From: Sphyrna mokarran
Taxonomy: Eukaryota
Direction of reading: 5' to 3'
Length of the DNA: 64,000 bases
Assembly: GCA_024679065.1 (NCBI GenBank)
Contig: JAGIQG010000009.1
Coordinates: 90,396,001 to 90,460,000, forward strand
The notes beneath the pieces were generated by a model. That model searched no databases and had not been told where the DNA came from. It was given only the letters and a program-made list of their open reading frames with translations. A program made the position numbers and the translations under genes. Shown here piece by piece: positions 25,298-37,800 of this stretch (its first letter is position 1; every line of letters starts with the position of its first letter).

Positions 25298-25544
25298 AAG
25301 TATGTTTGTCTTTATAACGTATTAACACCACTTGACAGATTAAGCAATCGCAGTAAAATATTGACTTGCTGTTTGTAGTTGGGGATTTTCCATTCATGCC
25401 CTTCCCCCTCGCTGCAAACTGGAACCCAAGAGAAACTCTTTGCAGCTCTGTGTTTCTTAATCTAGAATAACCAATTCTCAACAATAAACTCCACTTCCTC
25501 CACCTGTTCTCTGGAACAAGTTCCCTTTGAACACCACTCACTTG

Positions 25545-25830
25545 CTCCAAATAAACAGAGTACCTGCTATGTGTACTTGCATGGCTCCAAGCAACACCAG
25601 CTTTTTTGTGGGACATGTCGAACATTCCTTATTTACTAAGATTCCCATTCTCATCTTTTTTTCCGGTACATAAATGATTGTATTGCTGCAACTTCCTGTT
25701 CTCACTGTACACAAGGAATTGAGATGACTTCTTTCCAATTGTCACCTTTCTCTCATCTTCACCTATTCCCTGACCATTCCCACCCTTAACTTCCCTCTAT
25801 TCTGTTTTCGGGGAAGACTATTAAGGAACA
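25545..25830 (+). mobile_element. Penelope-like RT fragment
   Basis: AM.T.MAPS...FVG.VE..FRYI.DC remnant. Confidence 0.55.
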
Positions 25831-25861
25831 TTCACCAAATATACATATAAACATACAAAGT

Positions 25862-26338
25862 AAGAGCAGCATTCTTTCTGGTTGTATCACAGCTTGATAT
25901 GGCTCCTGCTCTGCCCAAGACCGCAAGGAACTACAAAAGGTCAGTGAATGTAGCCCAATCCATCATTCAAACCAGCCTCCCATCCATTGACTCTGCCTAT
26001 ACTTCCTGCTGCCTCAACAAAACAGCCAGCATAACTAAAGAACCCACGCACCCGAGACATTCTCTCTTCCACCATCTTCCTTCAGGAGAAAGATACAAAG
26101 GTTTGAGGTCATGTACCAACTGACTCAAGAACAGCTTCTCCCCTGCTGCTGTCAGACTTTTGAATGGGCTTACCTTGCATTAAGTTGATCTTTCTCTGCA
26201 CCCTAGCTATAACTGTAACACTACATTCTGCACTCTCTCCTTTCCTTCTCTATGAACAGTGTGTTTTGTCTGTAAAGCGTGCAAGAAATAGTTCTGAGTG
26301 TTAATACATGTGGCAATAATAAATCAGATCAAATCAAA
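25862..26338 (+). mobile_element. Rex1/Babar LINE 3' end
   Basis: SILSGCITAW.GSCSAQDRKEL..V..AQ.I..TSLPSIDS.Y..HP.HSLF..LPSG.RY; tail AATAAATCAGATCAAATCAAA. Confidence 0.8.
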
Positions 26339-26377
26339 GGCTCTTAGCCACAGATAATAAATTAATATTGGAATGAT

Positions 26378-26447
26378 CGTGTAGAGATGCCGGCGTTGGA
26401 CTGGGGTAAACACAGTAAGAAGTCTGACAACACCTTATCAGACTTCT
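26378..26447 (-). mobile_element. 70-bp Penelope 3'-end insertion with fold-back and 12-bp TSD
   Basis: Matches Penelope termini at 60601-60655 and ~8180-8232; TATTGGAATGAT at 26366 and 26448. Confidence 0.75.
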
Positions 26448-26799
26448 TATTGGAATGATTCCCATTGGTTAGCTGGGATAGTGATGAACCAGGTGGAATG
26501 GTGCCATTTTCAAATGGAAACTACTGGTTTGTGGTTAGTTCCCTTTCTGACAGTGAAACTGTTACTCTCTCATACAGAGAAGAATTTGGACATGTGATAT
26601 TATTTGGAATAAACAGGGCCAAAGTTCCTATTTTATCTCATTTTCACTTCCCAATACCAGAGAAAGAGGATTTGAAATCACAACAGTATTGGTGTGTGTA
26701 TGGAGGAGGGGATGTATTTGCAAACCAGCTATTGCAGTTAAAGCCCATTTTCAGGGTAGGGTCATGTTGTGTGATGTTGTAAATAGACACTGATGTATA

Positions 26800-28500
26800 T
26801 TGTACATTGCCTAATTGCCCAGCACATGTTCTCACACGTCCTCCTGTCCTGCCTAGCTGCTGGAGATTATTCTCACCAGATTCCTCTTACCCTGCCTACC
26901 TCACCCACCACTGTCTCTGCTATTGAGTCAGTTCTCACATCCCTGCAGAATATTTGTTCACTTGTGAATAAGACTTTCTCCAAGTACCATGATTGACATC
27001 ATGGTACTTGGGGAAAAACTGGCTGATGACTGCTAACCATTTCTCTCTCAGTGAAGCCTCCTTATACCTTCCACCACCTACACTGCCCAGAAGATCCATC
27101 ACATGAATGCTGTGGTCCTTATCATTGAGTCACACTTGTCTTTCCTCTATTTTTTTGATATCTTCTTTTTTGAGATCCACATAATTTTCGACTTCTCCAG
27201 TTGTCGACTGTTCTCCAAACTCCACTTCAGATTCTCTCTGAGGCATTCTCAACTATTTCTTCCCTCAGCTTTTACATAGAGTGGCACCTTATTCTCAGTG
27301 CTTCACACCACTCTGAACTCACTCTTACTCTCTTTCTACTTGGGAATGGCTCTGATATCTGTGCATTGAAGTTTCAGATTACACATTTGAGCATATCTGG
27401 TACAGTTCTGGTTTAACCATCACCATCAGATCTTGTTGGACCTCATCTTTCCTGTGGGATTCGCTCTTTAACACCGATCTATTAATCACTTCAGGATTGT
27501 CATGGGGAATAAGGATGGGTATTGAATATTTTTCTCTAGTATAAACTATCTTTTTAAATCCCTCTCCTCTGTCCACCTCCCACTGAGCTCCCTGTCACTT
27601 GGAATCATGATTATTCAGCTGGTTCTGTTTCTTTCCCTCCATCCCATCAAGTGAATTCCCCCAACACACACACACACAAAATCAGCCTCCGCTAAACTTG
27701 TAGCTTTCTCTAGTTTCTCTCTTATTTCATCTAATTTCTTCCCCAAGTTCATCTTGTCTGAGAAACCCTTGTTCACTCAACCCCTTTCCCATCTGACTGC
27801 TGATCATCTAACTTCCTTATCTGGTACCGTGTTAACTAGAAGTGTTAATAATTCTACCCCCATCACATCTGCTGTATTCACCCTCCTCTTCACAAAACCC
27901 AACTTTTCTTGAGCTGGCAAATCACTGCTCCATCTCAAACCTCTTTTTCACACCACAATCACTCAACATATTGTCACTTCCTGAATCAATCATCATCTTT
28001 TCTTCAACTGCCTGTTTGAATCCATCCCCTCCCCCATCTGATTTCTGCTCCTACCACAGTACTGAAACAGCCCTCATCAACATCATAAAGATCATCCTCT
28101 GTGACTGTGACCAAGGTGCATTGTCCCTTCTCAAATCCAACTTTTGGTGTAGTTAACTAAGCCATCCTGCTCCAACACTATCTTTCTCCAACAGCATCCT
28201 GATGATCTGCTCAATGGTCTGCCCCACTCTTGCCTATTTGACCCATGGGTGAAGCATCTTTAGCAGAATCCCAGTGCTACTGATTCACATTCACCATGAT
28301 CTCCAAAGAATCTAGTTTTCACTTTCTCCTCATCCTCTTCTGTTATTGGTTAGCTTCAACATTCACTCTAACATAAGTATCTACCTCCCTGATATGTGTA
28401 ATGATTCCTCCACTGACTCTTTATTTAGCAGATTGTCTGTTGAACTAACAGTCTTGGATCACCACCAATTTCCTCTTGTTGAATATTGGAGAGACTGAAG
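26800..28500 (+). mobile_element. Old L2 LINE remnant
   Basis: ORF 27842..28156 F.SYHSTETALI.I...IL.D.DQG..SLL (L2 RT motif). Confidence 0.75.
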
Positions 28501-28844
28501 TTATAGGCTGGAACATTCCAGTTTTCATGCTAGCGGAATCTTCTAGCACACTGAGTACATTCAATGGGAAATCCTGTTGAAATGGTGGGACCAGAAGATC
28601 CTGCTGTAAAATATGCTATCTAGTGTATGAAAAATCCCTATTGGGTGCAATCTTACCTGTTGCTCATGCTATGCTCCTGGGATCCAGTCAAATCTCCATT
28701 CACTGCAGCAGGAGTGTGTGGTGATGAGATTCCAGCATTACGCAGAGGAACAAAGACAATCCCTGATCTTGTCACTGATCCCATCCCTCTGGCCTTGGAT
28801 TAAACCAGACTACCTGAGACCTTGAGCTGATCTTGAGTTTTAAC

Positions 28845-29220
28845 AGGTATTGGTTACATTTTTGCCTATGAGTAAGAAGATTGTGGGCTCGAGCCCTACT
28901 CCAGGGTTTGAGAACAAATGTTCAGGCTGACAATCCAGTGCAGCACTAAGGCAGTCACAGGATCTGTTGTTTAGATCAAATTATTTTAGCCACAGCCCGA
29001 ATTGTTCTCAGATGTAAAAGATCCTATGATAGTATTTTAAAGTCAAACAGGGGTTGAGTTCCCTGGCTAACATTGATCCTGCAATGACTGTCTCAGAATA
29101 TCTGGTCATTAACACATTGCTATTTGAGAGGCCAAACATTGGTGGCTGTGTTTCTGCCTTACAACAATGACTTCAAAGATGTATTCCATTGGCTGCAAAG
29201 CACTTTGAGACATCTGATAA
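28845..29220 (+). mobile_element. Deu-domain SINE (SacSINE1/AmnSINE-like)
   Basis: GATGTAAAAGATCC.ATG..TATTT, TCTGGTCATT..CACATTGCT.TTTG, GCAAAGCACTTTGAGAC motifs recalled from DeuSINEs. Confidence 0.65.
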
Positions 29221-29609
29221 AGCATCCAACTAATGTCCTGACTTAGTCCATCTGCACTGGAAACCTCACCTTTAAAAAGTTAGAGAGAGCATTCAGCCCA
29301 TCATACTTGTGCTGGCCAAAATAAATGGATCAATAAATAAACTAACTGCTCATTTTAATCCCATTTTCCAGTACCTGGTCTACAGCCTTGCAGCTTATTG
29401 CCTGATTTGACTAGCCCACTGCTCCTTGGCCCATTCTTCATAAATTTCAGCTCATCCAAAAATATATCTGTCACAAGGAAGCGTCTCTAATAACTTCTGT
29501 TTTTTTCCCTGTGAAATTACTTCTACAGCTCCTCTGAGGATCTATCCTTGATCTCCTCCCATTTCTTATTATAGTGAGTTTACCTGTAGCCCTGGGTCTC
29601 TATTAATGA

Positions 29610-30480
29610 GCATTAAGACCATAAGTAATCATACATATGGACTAAAACAATGGAAACAAGAACTGCAGGAGATCATCCATCAACTCCAAACTTACTGTTT
29701 TCAATAAGATCAAGGCTGATTGTGGTTTAAATTTCCTGCTTTTTCCTGTAAATCTTGATCCTTTGAATTTAAAAAGATATCTAACTCACTCATATTTAAT
29801 AGTTCACTAAGCTTCATAGCTCACTGTGAAAGAAAATCCCAAAAGTCAACAGTTCTACATTTAAATGGAGACTTTTTTTTGAAATCATGGCCCACAATTC
29901 TAGATTCTCCCATAAAAGAAAACATCCTCTCCTGTTAACTATCCCCTCCACCTCAGAATCTTGTCACAATACAATCACCTTATTTGTGAACCTCAATGAA
30001 TATAGGCCCAATCTGCTTAACATCACCTCATAAGACAATTCCATCAACTCAGGAATCAATTTAGTGAATCTTTGATTTGCTTCTAAGGTGACTCTAACCT
30101 TTATGTATAATTGTAACAAGAGTCCTACCTTTATATTCCCTCCTTTGCAGTGCAACTAAAATTCCAATTATTTTCCTAATTCACCACACCTGTTGCTAAC
30201 TGTGATTCATGTGCAAGAATAATCAGATCCCTCAAAGCAGTCTGTTTAAGTCCTGTTTTATTTTGCATGCTAAAACAGACTTCACATTATATTCCATTTG
30301 CTAATTTTTTAAATCACAGGTAGAGGTGGGAACATCAGGGTGGCAGCATGGGCTTGTTGGGCCGAAGGGCCTATTTCCCGTGCTGTTTTGTTCAAATACT
30401 TTTAGAAATCCTAATACATTATATCTACTGATTTCCTTTTTCCCACCCACTACCTTTTCAAAGAACTTGTGAATATCAGT
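29610..30480 (-). mobile_element. Highly decayed CR1 with a short 3'-end fragment of a younger CR1 family (+, 30316-30392)
   Basis: QRFTKLIP..LSYE.LSRLGLYSL (ORF 29964..30155). Confidence 0.65.
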
Positions 30481-31371
30481 CAGGTACATGTGTCCAATTC
30501 TGCTATTCTCTGGCTGATGCTTGGGACTTGATCTTTTGTGACCATGGTAGGGTTACCTTCACCTCAAGTTCAGCACAACTCTAACCACTTGATATTATTA
30601 AAGACAGCCCAGTGATTCAGCCAGGAACCTCAATTCAAGCCTGCTCAGTAAAGCACTTCAGTCAAATTAAGTGTTTCCCCAGTAAAAGTTTCTTCCTTGT
30701 GATTATTCAGATTCAATTAGAAACCAAGAGGCACTTCCTCAATTTGTTTACTCAGCCAATACTTGGAGAAACTCTCTCAGGACATTGATACAAATGCCTA
30801 GTTATTCTAACACTAATTCCCTAGTTATAGGATAGTTATTCTGTGACTGTCTAGTTATCTAATGATAGAGCAAGGACAGTAAGCCAACTGGGATTTATTT
30901 CCAGTCTGACAGGCACAGATTTAGTGTGAACAGAAAACTAAATTGGTCTCCTTCCCAACCAGAGATACTGTTCCGCCTGATTCTGTCATTGCTCTGGTAG
31001 CCAGCTATATTTTATTGAATCACCATTGATTCTAAATTGAGTAAGCTACTTTGAATGGTGGTGTAGTTTTGTGGCTATAAATCAAGATGTGGTCAATAAT
31101 CTTACTGGGGAGTTTGAATTGGGTATTGCAGGATACCTAGGCCTCTAGCCCAAGTTTTGTACTGTAAGACAGTTGTTAGAAACGTACACACCAGAAAGGG
31201 GACTCATAACTAAAGCCAAGTGCACCAGCCTCTTACCGAGCAGAGAAGAAAGAGAATTTCTGCATTGCTCCAGTGATTTGATTGTGGAGGCTCCAGGGTG
31301 ATTAATTGGGGGGAATGAAAAGCTTTTAAATTACTGTAGTGAGTGCAGCAACAGCAAAAGTACAAGTGATC

Positions 31372-31377
31372 TTTAAT
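31372..31377 (-). terminator. Candidate polyadenylation signal ATTAAA for the MHC IIB gene (alternative AATAAA near 31011)
   Basis: Hexamer ~460 nt after the stop with U/GU-rich sequence downstream; no transcript evidence. Confidence 0.3.
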
Positions 31378-31835
31378 CAAATTGGTTCCACTATGACAGA
31401 CATTCAAAGATTAAAAATCAAAATCTGCATAAAATCATTTAGATACTAAATTGGACTAGTAAATAATGTAGATTTCTAATCATTTACAACAAAGAAACTA
31501 AAACAGAAAGATTCAGCCTGCCACACAGATATGATACAGAGATCAGTGCTGGCTGTATCACATCTGGGTATAAGGAAATTGGGAAGGTGTCACTCAGGTT
31601 GGCAGCAAGCTATACACTGATTATATTCAGTTTAGTTGTGTATTTAACATAAATAAGCTGCAGTGTAAAAATATCCCATATCAGCAAAATGTTAAATTGC
31701 AAGTAATCAAAAGCTGAGTCAAGCAGCATGAACTGTAATCACTCTGGATTCTGAGTCAGGAAGAGTTAAAGATGCATTTAAAGCTGTTCCATCTTGTTGT
31801 TCCAATATCTCCAATCACATCCATGAGTGGGTCAG

Positions 31836-31861
31836 TTAACTTACAGCTGGACCCATCAGAC
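31836..31861 (-). CDS. mhc2b: MHC IIB exon 6 coding part RLMGPAVS*
   Basis: Acceptor TCTTTGTTTCAG, in frame with exon 5, TAA at 31838-31836. Confidence 0.75.
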
Positions 31862-34800
31862 CTGAAACAAAGATTCAGTGTTAGAAAGTACCAGGAACAT
31901 TTTGGTGTAGAGCTCCAAACAGTACATGGTCAGCCTGTAGTTAACTTCAATAGGTACTTCATTGACAGACTGACAATAGAGCTCAATATACACAAGATTG
32001 GAAGCTTCTTTGGAATTATATTGTACAATTCAGAAATGATCAAGGCTGCAAACATGGAGTCCTGCCTTGCAAAACTATCACCATAATTCCCATCCTTGCC
32101 TGATAACCTGCCTTTTGTATATTTTTGCAGAAATGGGATTGGTAGAAATAGGGTAGCACATGGTATAAAAGGGCCTGAATAGCCATTTTGGGTTAGGAAT
32201 AGGAAGAGAAAGATATGGATAGCAAAGGAAGGAGGGTAAGAAGAGGATAGAGGAAGGTATAGGAAAGGAGTGTTGTTTATGGAGAGGTGTTGTTTTCAAT
32301 GTTTTATTACTCCAAGAAACCTGTTCAATTGTTCAAGTTGCACTTACTGTTCAGTGACATTTTGCTTTTTAAACTTTGACTTATCTTTTTAATAGTTAAT
32401 AAACTGAAATCATTTAAGGTGCTCTCTCTCTAACATGGCACAATTTACAACTGAGGTTATTGCAAAGTGAACTTTACAAATCTTAGTTCAGGTAAATAAT
32501 GGTCATCAAGCAGCAGAGATGTGATTAAGATTAAGTACTTTAGTGATAAGTTAATGCTACATGTTTGGAAACAGCTAACTAACAAGTCTTTAAGATGAAG
32601 CAAGCACAACTGTTCTATTTTGTCTTAGTACTAAGTGAATCTAGACTATTGATCTGGGAAGTTTGAGTTATGTTTAAATGCTTATTTAAACCTGACAGTT
32701 TGATTCAAGTAAGTGGCTATTTTATTCAATCCAAGGTTAACAGTAAGATACAGAAGTCATAAAATATGACTCATTTAGCTTATGGACATTGTTTAATATC
32801 ACTTCAGATAGCACAAAGAACAGTTTTTGAGCTTAAGACATGAGACCTCCATTCCAAACAGAAAGAAATCCAGTTAAAGCAGCTGAAACAAAACAGAATA
32901 GACAGTTTTGTTACAACAGGAGGGCTATATTATTGCTTCTGCTAGAGACAGTTATGAAATCAGAAGATTAAGCAGAGACTTTCATGAGCTGAGGAAGCAT
33001 GTGTCTTAAACTGGAAATGTGACTCAGATTTTAGTGAGTGTTTGATGGAAGAGAGAGTGGAGATAGACTATTATGTGCAAGTATTATTTCAGAGAGATTG
33101 AATTAAGTGGCTTTGATTCCCATTCTTCACTCCTTTTGGTAAGGGAGCCAAAAGGAATAGAATTAGAGGAAATAAAAATTATGAAAAGGCATTTTGCAGA
33201 CTTATGATTGGGAATTTGATGAGCTGATAAGGAAAAGTATAGTTATTTCTGCAGTTAGAAAGGGAGAAACTTGTCAGTGTGCCTCCAAAAACCAGAAACC
33301 TTGGTAATAGGAGACAGTAAAAGCAGAAGGGTGTTTTTCTGGCTGGAGTCAGTCACCAGTGGTACAGGGACCTCTTCTATTTGTAATATATATAAATGAC
33401 TTGGAAGAGGGAGTAAGCAGAGTGATCAGCAAACAATACAAAGATGGCTGGATTTGTGGATAGTGATCAGGCGATACAGCAGGACATAGGCTGGTAGCTT
33501 GGGCAGACAGATGGCAGATGGAATTCAATCCTGATAAATGAGGTGATGCATTTCAGGAGAAAATGTAGGGGGGAAGGTATATGATAAAGGGTAGACCTAT
33601 TAAGAGTGTAAAAACAGAGGGACTTGGTGGTGCAGGTGAACAAGTCTCTGAAGGTGGCAGAGCAAGTGGAGAAGGTTGTGAAGAAAACATGGTATGCTAG
33701 CCTTTATAGGAAGGGATATAGAGTACAAGAGCTGGTCTTTAATGTTGCAGTTATATAAAACGTTGGTTAGGCCTCATTTGGAATATTGCATCCAGTTCTG
33801 GTCGCCTTACTACTGGAAGGACATGGAGAGTGTGCAGGGGAGGTTTAGCAGGATGCTGCCTGGTATGGAAGGTCTGAGTTATGAGAAGAGGTTAGACATT
33901 TGGGACCATTTTCCTTAGAAAGACATTAGACTTAGAGATCTAATAGGTATACAAGATTATGAGGGGTATAGATAGCGTGAACAGGGTTAAGCTTTTTCCT
34001 AGGATGGACTCAAATAACACAAGGGGTCACAGGCTTAAGGGGTAAGGTATAATTTGGATGCTAGGAGTTTTTCTCCCCCCAGAGGGTGGTGGGGGTATGG
34101 AATATGCTGCCAAGTGATGGAGATAGGTACTCTGGAGTTTGAGATACTTAGATGGGCACATGAACAGAATGGGAATGGAGGGATATAGAAAACTGATTTA
34201 AAATAGGGATCATGAGCCTTGGGATAATTCCTGCAAAGTGTGTAAATAGTCAATGATATTGATGAACTTGTTTTATCCTACAGGTATTTTGTTTTGCCTT
34301 GTTTAACAAGAGGCATACATGCGATGGGTCATGAGGGCTGCTCTTGGATTTTTTGAGTATCCTAGTGCTTCACGTTGTTAGTGTATGCTTGACCTGGACC
34401 ATTTGATGGACAACACAACAGCTCAGTGACTATCACTGTGCTGTGCAGATACATGGATTTGGGCCTGTGTCTGTGGGAGTATGCACATTCTCCAGGTGCT
34501 CTGGTTTCCTACCACATCCCAAAGATGTACTTTTGGGCTGATTGGCAGAACAAATTCTCCCTAAATGGTCTCAAATTTGGTTTCAATCTATAGATCTATA
34601 AACAGACAGGGATCATGGGCAGAAGTGGGAACATCAAGGTGGCAGTGTGGGCTTGTTGGACCTAAGGACCTGTTTCCTGTGCTGTTTTGTTCAGAATGCA
34701 CCTGTGGATGAAGTGAGATGAGCTCTTCTTCCTGAGGTCTGAACAATCTCCATCCATTACTGACTGGCTAAACTGGTGTTTAACAATTTCTCCTTGAACT

Positions 34801-37800
34801 TCACTTCCTCTAAATAAATGATATGGCTATGGGCTCCAACATGGGTCCCAGTTATGCCAATCTTTATGGGTTGTGGAACATTTCCTGTTTTAATCTTACT
34901 CCAGCCCCCTCTAACTCCTTTATCTGTATATCAATGACTATTTTGGTGCTACTTTACACTCTTGTCTGGACCTAGAAATTTTAATTTCATTGCTTTCTCA
35001 CCATCACATGGCCCATCTGACACTTCCCTTCCTTGACTTGTCTATTTCTGGTGATATTGTATCAGTATCCATTACAAGCTCATTGATCCCAATAACTACC
35101 TTGACCACAGCTCTTCACACCCACATCCTGTGGGCTCCATTCTAAACATCTAGTTCCTTTAGCTGTTGCATCTATTACAATGCTGCTGCTATTGGTCTTT
35201 AACTGTTGTTTTCCACCCACTGGTTCACAGGGCTTTCAACATTCCTTGGGCCACTGCTCTCACCTTCCTCCAGAGAAGGATTAGGTCCCCAGCCTTCACT
35301 TTTTAACCCCACCAGCCTCCTTTCCCTCCTGCCCAAAATAAATCAGCATTCTTTAGGGACTGTTCTCTGGAACACACTCCTCTCCCCCAACAATCAGATG
35401 CAACACCTGCCCCTTTACTTTCTCCTATGTTCTAAAGACATCAGGTGCTTCAAGCATATCTTCAATCTGGGAGCAGCAAATGCAATAAATCAATGTGGCT
35501 CATTCAAGAGACCAAATCTGTATTTTTCCACAAATCTTGCTTTCCATCTTTGTCCCTATTCCATTAAGGTCAACTGGTTGCATTCCTATACTCCATTGAC
35601 ACTGATCTTTAGCACCATTTAGCCTTTATCATTTACACTCCATTTACCTGTGCCATTCCTATCTATTGTACCACCACCCCCCCCCCCAACCATTGTCTAA
35701 ATCTTGTCTGTTTTTCCTCAACTGATGAAGGATCATCCAGGCTCAAAACATTGGCTCTATTCTCTCCCCAGATGCTGGCAGACCTGCTGAAATTTTCCAA
35801 CATTTTTGATCTAGATTCCTGCATTTGTAGTATTTTGTTTTTGTTTCTACTTATGCTTGAGTCAAGCAAATTAGTTTATGTAAAAAATGTGTTTAATTCA
35901 TGAGGGAAACAAATTGAAATGGGAGAAAGTGGTATAATATTTGAAGTTAAGTTTAATGCAAGTTACATAGGGTTATGCAAGTGAGTAAATACTAAGTTGA
36001 TTTAGAAAAATCTCCATAGCCTTTTTAAATGCAACTTCTTACTAGTTAGAGGGGAAGTTGATCCCTCAGCTAACACCTCACCTGTCAAAGGGGAGTACCT
36101 TATTTTATAATCTGTTGAGAGAGAAATATTATGCTCTTCAATGACTGGTTAAATCAAAAAACCATCTGAGACTCAATGAACAGGTTAACAAAACCAAATA
36201 AAGTACTATTCTAATTGAATGCTGTTACCTAATTTCTAGTAGACAGTACAACCAGATTTTTATTAGAATATTGTCTTCTTTGCCATCTTCATTATGAATT
36301 GAGACTCCCTAAGACATGAGCTGTGGCAGAGGCAATTGCTAACTGTCTCATACCCCTAATGACATGTCAATATCCCCACATGTTATTGTCTTGGCAATCT
36401 GAACCAAATTCAAATCTGATAGGCTGGTGTTAACCAAGTGCTTGGGCCAAATTCAACAACAGCCTGGCCTTCTGATACAATGTTTGTGTATTGCATGCAT
36501 CCACAATTAAACTATTTTTTTTTAAAAGGGACCACACATTGCTTTTCATGCTAGCATTTTACACAATTACCAATTCTAATGTTCTACTGAACTTAGCAAC
36601 AAGTTGCAGTAAGGTTGACAGGTACGAGTGTCTGTAAATGCTAGGCTCTGAGTCAAAGATTTTTTTTTTATTACAAACAAGGTCCCAGTAGATGGAGTCC
36701 AATGTCAGGAACAAGTTAAAACAATAAAATGTAAACACAATTAAGTAAGACAATCAAGACCATTTCTTGGAAAAATAAAGAAAAAGGAAACCTGTTGGTC
36801 CTAAAACAATTCATTTGGAATGCAAAATGTCTGGTGTAAGAAATAGAAATGCCATTTAACATAATCCAAATATGCTGATGTTTAGAGACATTGTTTTAAA
36901 GGTAGGATGATATTTGATTGAGCTGTAAAGCTTCTAAGGTTCAAGCAAAATTAGGTATAACTATTGCATCTTAAAGATGAATGGGAATTTGAATTCACAC
37001 CAGATATAGTCTAATTCAATACTATTTGTTTTAATGGACATTCTAAAGTGTAGATAAGACTAGGGCTGGAATTTTCTGGCTGCTCATGCCAGCAAGTTCC
37101 TCCAGGCCTGCTAATGGCACACCCTACTGCAGAGTTCCCAGTAGCATGGGATGAAATCAATAGGAAATTCACTGAGTGGTGGGACCAGAAGATCCTGCCA
37201 TTGGCAAGCTGTACTGAAATGTGGCTGAGGTTGGAGAATCCCACCCTAGTTAAGTGATTCCTCTTGGGAAGTAGTGTTCTTGCCTTAGATTAAAAACAAA
37301 TGCTATAGTCTGGCTGCTACCTGCAGCATCAGGACTATATATAGAGATGAGCAAAGACTTTGAAAATCAGCTGAGTCTAGAATATGCTGACATAGAGATG
37401 CTGCACAAGTATTGTTTGAAGTAGCCAACAGAATAGGAAGTCAGCTGGTTCAAAATAGTCAAATTGAAAAAACAGATCAGTCATGTTTAGCTAATTCAAG
37501 CAGCATAAAATGGTGAACAGAATGAGACTTTGAATTGGACTTGATTTGAAGTGGAATAAAAACTAGTCTCAAGTTGAGACATTCCTGATCCAAGCTGACA
37601 AGGACTCTCACCTCCTGTCTTGGGCTTGATCTACATGATCCAAACTGATTGGAATAGGTATAGCTCCAAGACTTGATCTCATTTGCATCTTAGCCAAAAG
37701 GCCCAGATGCCACTTAAATGCTTCAAACAAAAAATATAACCTAATGACTTCAACCAAGCACAGCATGTCAATACTACATTTGACCTTAGCCAGGGGCAAT

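Noticed and set aside
1-31000. A class II alpha gene or second beta gene next to the orphan X-Y modules
   Set aside because: I found no leader, alpha1/beta1, Ig C1 or TM exon by eye or in the ORF track; tblastn would be needed to exclude highly decayed remnants
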